Source: a virus. From it: a stretch of 64,000 nt of DNA. The stretch lies in the IMG/VR virus record IMGVR_UViG_3300025276_000020. One strand, given 5' to 3'. The position numbers and the translations under genes are program-made. A model generated the notes under the pieces. The model made no database searches and had not been told where the DNA came from. It saw only the letters and a program-made list of their open reading frames with translations. Positions 57,527 to 64,000 of the stretch are shown piece after piece (position 1 is the stretch's first letter; the number at the start of each line of letters is the position of its first letter).

Positions 57527-59853
57527 TGAGTAAACTAATAGGAACTAATCCGAATCAAGTGCCTAGTAACGCAGACTTAGGTACTGCCGCATTCATGGAT
57601 AAGAAAGAATTTCTACTCTCAAAGGGTAGTGAAATGTCTGCAATCGATGCTGTTATTCCTAAGACTGCTGTTGACGTATTTGTGTACGACACATCCAAAG
57701 ATAGCGATGGTGGTGCTTGGAGAAAACGAACTCAGCATACATCATGGTATAACGAAAGACTCAACACGACAACACGTGGTAGTCGTAAAGAGTTTCCAGC
57801 GGTTGCTGTGTTTGTAGCAGAAGCCGCAAGAGTTACAATTTATGATGGCGATTCTCCCAGCTTGCCTATGTGGATGCAGTGGAACACAACTGGTGCGTTA
57901 GGATGGGCTTCTGGTACAAGTTCAGTATGGATAGCACTAACTGCACTAAATGGTATATTTGCTTGGGGTAGCGATAATAGGGGGCTAGGGTTTGCTAATT
58001 TTATAAAAGATAAAATAGAAATAATACACGGTGCCCAAAGATATGTATTAAAAGATCAAAGTATTGCACTGAGAGAAACAAATGTTGGAACTACAACGAG
58101 TTCGAGTGATGCAGAAGGTGGGTATTCTTTTCCAGCGCAGAACGATGAAATTTACGATGTAGCGGCAACAGTACTTCCTAATGCACCTATAGATCCTGAT
58201 TCAGGACTACCTAGACCAACCCTAGCATATGCAGGGCCGGGTGGACTTAGTATTATTACCGATGCTGGAACAACAGTTCTTATCTCAGCGTCGGCCGGAT
58301 CTTCTTACAATGGAGTATCTTGGGTCGATTTTACAAAAAACCACAATCTTATTTTTGAGCAAGATAACTCATCAAATCCTAGAGCAGTGTTTTGTATCCC
58401 AGTTCCAAAAGCTAATAGAACTACAGCAACAAATGATGGATCAATTGTTGATAAAGTTGTCATGAAGTGGTATAACAATGGTGCCCACGAACCTTACCCA
58501 GTGTTTAATGGAGGAGGTGTCAATGAAGGAATTAGACTGTCAGGAGATAATCAAGCACTTAAAAGTTTTTACGGCGATCTTACAATATTAGAACCCAATT
58601 TAGTAGAGCCCGAAAAAGGTAAAGTTGCATACATAGGATCAGATTATAACACAGGTTGGATGTCAGGCAATACTCAGTTATGCGCCCTGAGTGACACTAG
58701 TTCTGTTGATATTAGCGGTTACAATCTAAATCCTTATACTCAAGCAACTGGCAGTTACGGCTCTATCACACTTGATCCTAAAAAGACATATAAGATAACC
58801 ATAACAGGTTATGGAGACATCGATGGATCGTGGCCAGGATATGGTGGTCCAATCGATACTGTCCATGTATTCACCGGAAGTGCTACATCTCCTGGTGTGA
58901 TTCAAGCTAACCTTAATATTCAAAACGGTGGTTCGTCTGGCTCACCAATTAGTACTACTGTTTATGTGACAAACTTTAGTAGCTGGAACTTCAATACATG
59001 GAGTACTGGTACTGTAACAGCATATACTGTTGTTGAGTGTGACTATAATAGAAGCGAGTATAATAAACCGCTTGTTGCATATGGAATTGTAAATAAAACT
59101 CCTGTAATGCCAGGTGCTGATCTTGTGGCTTACAACGCTTCTAACACAACTTCTTATCTGGAACAGCCCTATAATAGTAATTTAAACTTTGGAACAGCAG
59201 GAGATTTTCACTATAGCTTTTGGGTCTATAGTGATAGTAGTGCCACGTATAGTGGTGCCACATATATTTTTGAAAGAACCAGTGTAGGCGACTCTAGCAA
59301 TAGAAGAATAGAGGCTAGGTTAGCTACAAGTACTAGTCTACAAGTATATGCTACAGCCGCCGAATTTGTAACAGGATCAACTGCTATAACTGTAGCGAGT
59401 AATAGCTGGAGTAAGGTAGATATTATCCGATCTGGTAATATAGGATCTGTTTGGGTAAATGGAGTACAAAAAGCTTCGGGAAGTCATTCTGGAAATATGA
59501 CCGATACTTCTGCAACACTTACTGTTTGTAATAGAGGATACTTCAGCCCACATGCCCAAGGATTTCCCACAGGAATAGCACTCTTTAGGGTATCAGGAAC
59601 AGCACCAACTCCAGAACAAATTAAAAAGATGTATAGCGATGAGAGACATCTCTTTGCACCAAATGCAAAGGCTACTCTTTACGGCACTTCAGATGCAGTC
59701 ACAGCACTAGCATACGATGATGATACAGAATTACTACACGCAGGCACTTCAGCAGGTCGCTCAGACTTTCAAGGGCTACGCAGAATAAATAACACTACAA
59801 AGGCTATTGGAACCGCAATATCAGCCGTAGACGGCTTTGTGGTAGAGGAATAA
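57526..59853 (+). CDS. LamG/concanavalin-A-like domain virion protein
   Basis: LIGTNPNQVPSNADLG; VFVYDTSKDSDGGAWRKR; C-terminal FGT.GDF..SFWV...VWVNGVQ. Confidence 0.75.
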   Translation: MSKLIGTNPNQVPSNADLGTAAFMDKKEFLLSKGSEMSAIDAVIPKTAVDVFVYDTSKDSDGGAWRKRTQHTSWYNERLNTTTRGSRKEFPAVAVFVAEAARVTIYDGDSPSLPMWMQWNTTGALGWASGTSSVWIALTALNGIFAWGSDNRGLGFANFIKDKIEIIHGAQRYVLKDQSIALRETNVGTTTSSSDAEGGYSFPAQNDEIYDVAATVLPNAPIDPDSGLPRPTLAYAGPGGLSIITDAGTTVLISASAGSSYNGVSWVDFTKNHNLIFEQDNSSNPRAVFCIPVPKANRTTATNDGSIVDKVVMKWYNNGAHEPYPVFNGGGVNEGIRLSGDNQALKSFYGDLTILEPNLVEPEKGKVAYIGSDYNTGWMSGNTQLCALSDTSSVDISGYNLNPYTQATGSYGSITLDPKKTYKITITGYGDIDGSWPGYGGPIDTVHVFTGSATSPGVIQANLNIQNGGSSGSPISTTVYVTNFSSWNFNTWSTGTVTAYTVVECDYNRSEYNKPLVAYGIVNKTPVMPGADLVAYNASNTTSYLEQPYNSNLNFGTAGDFHYSFWVYSDSSATYSGATYIFERTSVGDSSNRRIEARLATSTSLQVYATAAEFVTGSTAITVASNSWSKVDIIRSGNIGSVWVNGVQKASGSHSGNMTDTSATLTVCNRGYFSPHAQGFPTGIALFRVSGTAPTPEQIKKMYSDERHLFAPNAKATLYGTSDAVTALAYDDDTELLHAGTSAGRSDFQGLRRINNTTKAIGTAISAVDGFVVEE

Positions 59854-59857
59854 GAAT

Positions 59858-60553
59858 ATGACAGTATATGCAAACAAGCCGGAATTTAATGTAAGAGAAA
59901 AGCTAAAAGAGTTGGATCGTAAACCTGGTGACTTTGGTAATAAAGTGTACAAAACCAACTCATCAGAAGATTGGAATAAAATTTCAAACTTAGAAGTATC
60001 TCCTCTCCCATATTGGACAGGGTTTTATCCCAGCAATACGAACGCTATAGGCCAAACAAGCCAAACGCACACATTTTTAGATTCTGGAAACCAAAGATAC
60101 TATACTCTTAATAACGGAAATAACGGTCCCAATGCAAGATTTAGAATGCACGGAACATTGCGTGGAGAGTTTGAGTTAGGATTTACTCTTGGTTATGCTT
60201 GGGGATGGTCAGGTATCTGGGTAGCACCAAGAAGTAATTTTGATCCGTGTATTAATTATCATAGAGATAGTAATGGTCCTCACGTTAGAATCTTTAATAA
60301 TAGTTCCAATAACTTATGCTATGCTTCTTATAAAGATTACGGGCAAGCTAGTTATACAAATACCACTCAATTAACTGGATTTTCATCTGGAATGTTTAAG
60401 TTGTGGAGAGATTCGAGTGGTATGATGTATTTTAGACCTCCTAATAACACTGATTATAGTTTGTTTAAAACTGATGAGGATATCTATATAGCAAACGAGA
60501 CTCAACCGCCAAACTTTGTAAAACTAGAATATGTTTTATGTGCATCTCATTAA
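59858..60553 (+). CDS. Hypothetical fibre-associated protein
   Basis: KPEFNVREKLKELD N-terminus; aromatic/Asn-rich C-terminal domain. Confidence 0.65.
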   Translation: MTVYANKPEFNVREKLKELDRKPGDFGNKVYKTNSSEDWNKISNLEVSPLPYWTGFYPSNTNAIGQTSQTHTFLDSGNQRYYTLNNGNNGPNARFRMHGTLRGEFELGFTLGYAWGWSGIWVAPRSNFDPCINYHRDSNGPHVRIFNNSSNNLCYASYKDYGQASYTNTTQLTGFSSGMFKLWRDSSGMMYFRPPNNTDYSLFKTDEDIYIANETQPPNFVKLEYVLCASH

Positions 60554-60574
60554 TAGCGTATCGGAGATAATAAT

Positions 60575-61069
60575 ATGAATTTTTTAAATATAGACATCAT
60601 GGTACTAACCCAAGCAGTTATAAATGCTGGATGGGAAAAGTCAATGAACGTTAATGATGACGGTAGTATAGAATGGCACGGAGAATCGGGATACCCTACA
60701 AATCAAGAGATATATACTGAAATTGATGAACTAGTGACAGACTGGACATATCTTCAAGCTAAAGCTAGATTAGCAGAATATCAAGTAGCACTCGGTCGTG
60801 AAGAGGTGATCGAAAGTCAAGCTACAGGCGAACAGGGCTGGAATGAAGAAACGAGCGAATATGATGATGTAATGGCTGATGTCGTTACAGTTACGGCGAT
60901 TGATCCAGTAGATGCGACTATCGAACAAACAACTTACGATGATGAAGGTGTTGCAACCACAACTACAGTTGAAAATCCTATCATTACACAAGACAACGCT
61001 GAACGTGCAGAAGCACAAGCGGTCGTTGATGCAACACCTTCGGCTGTGGTCGATACTTACAACGCATAA
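60575..61069 (+). CDS. Acidic tail-fibre assembly chaperone-like protein
   Basis: IEWH..YPT.QEI; very acidic; follows the fibre genes. Confidence 0.55.
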   Translation: MNFLNIDIMVLTQAVINAGWEKSMNVNDDGSIEWHGESGYPTNQEIYTEIDELVTDWTYLQAKARLAEYQVALGREEVIESQATGEQGWNEETSEYDDVMADVVTVTAIDPVDATIEQTTYDDEGVATTTTVENPIITQDNAERAEAQAVVDATPSAVVDTYNA

Positions 61070-61095
61070 ATACTATCAATATAGGAGAGTAACAC

Positions 61096-61719
61096 GTGGC
61101 AACGACTAAAGCATTAGAACTAGCACAATTTGGTACGGGTTTAGTAGTAGACTCCGCCACTAGTTCACAGACATCTACCGGTAATACAATACTGACTGGT
61201 GAGTTGCATGGTCCTTCCACCTTTGTGATCGATCCTGCTGTTCACGGTAACAACTCTGGCTTAGTTCAGATTAAGGGAGATTTACAAGTATTAGGTAATA
61301 CTGTAACGCTATCTTCATCGACAATGACTGTCGCAGACTTAAACATCACTGTCGCTCAGGGTGCCGCAAATGCTGCCGCAGCCAATGGGGCAGGACTTAC
61401 AGTAGATGGAGCGAGTGCTACGTTCACTTACTCATCTTCTGGTGATCAGTGGAACATGAATAAGTCACTAGCCGCTAATCTGATTGGTAATGTTACGGGT
61501 ACAGTTTCTAGTCTATCTAACTTAGATACTGATAACTTATCAGAAGGTAGCTCCAATTTATATTACACAGCCGCACGATCTAATAGTGCGATTGACACAA
61601 GAGTAGATAAGAGTTTTGTAGATAACCTAAATGTAGATGCAGATACATTAGACGGAGTAGACTCTACAGGATTTGACGCCGCTGGGACTGCACTAGCACT
61701 AGCCATAGCTTTGGGATAA
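61096..61719 (+). CDS. Short fibre protein
   Basis: GPSTFVIDP, GDLQVLG, TDNLSEGSSNLYYT; ends ALAIALG. Confidence 0.7.
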   Translation: MATTKALELAQFGTGLVVDSATSSQTSTGNTILTGELHGPSTFVIDPAVHGNNSGLVQIKGDLQVLGNTVTLSSSTMTVADLNITVAQGAANAAAANGAGLTVDGASATFTYSSSGDQWNMNKSLAANLIGNVTGTVSSLSNLDTDNLSEGSSNLYYTAARSNSAIDTRVDKSFVDNLNVDADTLDGVDSTGFDAAGTALALAIALG

Positions 61720-61723
61720 AAAC

Positions 61724-62032
61724 ATGCCGAATACATTTAAAAATTATACTAGCACATCAGTTGGAACGGGTGCAACAACAGTTTATACAGTTCCAAGCGC
61801 AACAGTAGCCGTTACGGTCGGACTCAACATCGCTAACGTAACTGCGAATCAGATTACAGTCGATGTTCAAGCCGCTGGTGCTTATCTCATTAAAGATACT
61901 CCTATACCTGCAGGTGCTGGACTATCTGTACTAGACGGGAAGATAATACTGGAGACTACAGACACGCTTGTCGTTACGACAAACACTGCATCTAGTGCAG
62001 ATGTTATACTTAGTGTTCTGGAGCAGAGCTAA
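61724..62032 (+). CDS. Small beta-sandwich virion protein
   Basis: NTFKN..TVYTVPS..IANV..KIILETTD..DVILSVLE. Confidence 0.7.
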   Translation: MPNTFKNYTSTSVGTGATTVYTVPSATVAVTVGLNIANVTANQITVDVQAAGAYLIKDTPIPAGAGLSVLDGKIILETTDTLVVTTNTASSADVILSVLEQS

Positions 62033-64000
62033 TGAGTAAGCAAAGTGAGTTAGTCGATCTTACACAGATAGGCGAAGGAAACGTATCTGCTGTCAACGCA
62101 ACTCTTACTGGATATCTCAGAGGACCAGCTACATTCACTATCGACCCTGCGGCACACGCTGATAATACGGGGTTAGTAGTAATCGCTGGCAACTTACAAG
62201 TTGACGGCACTACGACAACTATCAATTCTACTACTCTTACTGTAGACGATAAGAATATTACTCTTGCCAGTGGTTCAGCCAATGCTTCCGCGGCGAGTGG
62301 TGCCGGATTTACAGTTGATATTGGATCTGGAACTCTTCCTTCGATTACTTACGATGGCACAAACGATGAGTGGGACTTTAATAAGCCTTTGAACGTTACT
62401 GGTACAGGCAAATTTTCTGGAGATGTTGGTGTTGGTGCCACTCCAACTGCTCGACTTGATGTAAGACGTGCAGGTGCGTCTGGTAAAATTGCAGAGTTTC
62501 ATCAAAATGCAGGATACGGTATTGATATAGGATCAAGCCAAGAAGTTGCTTATATTTCTAGTGGTTATAATCAAAGATTAGATTTTAAAACAGACCCTGC
62601 CACTGGACAAATAGAGAGAATGTCTATATTAGCAAACGGCAAAGTTGGTATCGGAACATCTTCTCCTAATGATATACTAGATATTAGAAAAGCAAACTCA
62701 CAACTAAGGCTAACTGATTCGGATGATAATAAATTTGTTCAGTTTAGTTATTCTGGTGGAAAATTAATAACTAGAAATAATTCCACTAGTACTACGGTAA
62801 ATCAAACCACATTAACCGAAGATGGAAAGTTTGGTATCGGAACAATATCTCCAGATTATAAGTTAGATGTAAGAGACGGTATAATATTTGCAGGTAGACA
62901 AGTAAGTGATCAGGGCAGTATATCGTATGCCAATACTGCAGCCGCATTTAGTTCCGTAGGTGTAGCTCACACTGATGCAAGATCCAATGTGTTAAGATTA
63001 CTAAGAGATGGAACGAGCGCCGTTAAATACGCAGGTGTTGCTGACTTTGACCTAGAATCTTGGGAGACATCTGGTGTTACTAGTAGAACAGCTATGATAC
63101 TTAAACTTGGCCATAATAATCTTCCCGATACTACAGATGTTATGACATGGCGATCTAATGGCAACGTTGGTATCGGAACAACAGCTCCAGCATACAAGTT
63201 AGATGTTTATGAAGCAACTGGTAACGGATTAAGAATAAAAGCTGGTGACCAAATAGTTGATGTAGCGTTAAGCGTTGGTTCGGCAGGCACAGCAGATAAA
63301 TTTGTAATACAATCTGGTGGCAACGTGGGTATTGGAACAGCAACTCCTAAAACTACTCTTGATTTAGGAACCTCTAGTCAAGGAAGAAGACTAACTTTTA
63401 CTAACTATTCTAATCTTACTTCTGAATATAGTAATGCTTCTCTATGGCTTAGTAGTAATTTTTATCCGAATGCAGGTGCCACAGGGTATAAAACAGGCGC
63501 AACAGGTAATTATGGCGCATCAGCAGTACGTGTACATGGAACTGGAGGTGGTAGTAATAGTGGAATAATACAATTCTATACAGATGCCAATAGTAGCAAA
63601 ACAGCAGATACGGCTTTTACTCCTACTGAACGCTTACGTCTAGGAGCGACAGGCGCATTAGAATTAGGTTATGGCGGTGCGGCACGACAACAAGCAGACG
63701 GCCAAGCATTTACTATTACAACTCCCGCTAGTGGCGGTGGTCAAGGTATCGCCTTTAAGAGATTAGATACTAATAATGATCAACAATTAGGAGAAATATC
63801 TTGGTCTAATAATACTCAAGATGGACAAGCAAATATACGAGTAAAAACAGAAGGAGCTGTAAATACCACAGACATGCATTTTGATGTTAATAACGCAGGT
63901 ACTCTTGTAACTGCTTTATCTATAGATGGAAGTGCAGGAGGTGACGTGCTGATCGGTAGTACTACTAACCTAAATGTTTTATCAGGAACTCCCAAAATAC
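62032..64000 (+). CDS. Tail fibre protein, truncated by the window end (not in the ORF track)
   Basis: TAATG overlap; MSKQSELVDL...GPATFTIDP..GNLQVDGTTTT..; several (N/K)VGIGT modules; no stop seen before the end. Confidence 0.8.
   Translation, partial: MSKQSELVDLTQIGEGNVSAVNATLTGYLRGPATFTIDPAAHADNTGLVVIAGNLQVDGTTTTINSTTLTVDDKNITLASGSANASAASGAGFTVDIGSGTLPSITYDGTNDEWDFNKPLNVTGTGKFSGDVGVGATPTARLDVRRAGASGKIAEFHQNAGYGIDIGSSQEVAYISSGYNQRLDFKTDPATGQIERMSILANGKVGIGTSSPNDILDIRKANSQLRLTDSDDNKFVQFSYSGGKLITRNNSTSTTVNQTTLTEDGKFGIGTISPDYKLDVRDGIIFAGRQVSDQGSISYANTAAAFSSVGVAHTDARSNVLRLLRDGTSAVKYAGVADFDLESWETSGVTSRTAMILKLGHNNLPDTTDVMTWRSNGNVGIGTTAPAYKLDVYEATGNGLRIKAGDQIVDVALSVGSAGTADKFVIQSGGNVGIGTATPKTTLDLGTSSQGRRLTFTNYSNLTSEYSNASLWLSSNFYPNAGATGYKTGATGNYGASAVRVHGTGGGSNSGIIQFYTDANSSKTADTAFTPTERLRLGATGALELGYGGAARQQADGQAFTITTPASGGGQGIAFKRLDTNNDQQLGEISWSNNTQDGQANIRVKTEGAVNTTDMHFDVNNAGTLVTALSIDGSAGGDVLIGSTTNLNVLSGTPKI

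Noticed and set aside
53639-64000. Diversity-generating retroelement or invertase shufflon
   Set aside because: No reverse transcriptase, recombinase, adenine-variable TR/VR pair or inverted crossover sites seen in this window
1-64000. CRISPR array, rRNA, introns, stop-codon recoding
   Set aside because: No spaced direct repeats or rRNA seen; core genes are intact in the standard code with TAA, TAG and TGA all used as stops

Overview
This window is a segment of a T4-like (Tevenvirinae/Kyanoviridae-like) myovirus genome, probably marine. It shows T4 late promoters (TATAAATA) and T4 core genes. Bases 1-3.7 kb are an auxiliary island: heme oxygenase, a small membrane peptide, a PcyX-type bilin reductase, a small outer-membrane beta-barrel protein, a PiT-like permease, a second membrane peptide, a circularly permuted two-piece tmRNA and a second beta-barrel protein. 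Bases 3.7-6.3 kb are the dsbA-gp33-gp59-gp32 replication and late-transcription block. Bases 6.3-25 kb are the baseplate/tail module: tape-measure/gp29-like, gp51, gp26, gp54, gp2, a nuclease, gp4, gp48, gp53, gp27-like, gp5 with an SLT-like domain, an M15 peptidase, gp25, gp6, gp7 and gp8. Bases 25-64 kb are a long array of virion structural and fibre genes (VrlC-like, S74 fibre, a paralogous giant pair, an LRR protein, head-spike-like and LamG fibres), and the last one runs off the window. The permuted tmRNA with an ANDN...AA tag and the hemO/pcyX pair both suggest an alphaproteobacterial host (inference). All family calls come from motif recognition by eye; no searches were run.
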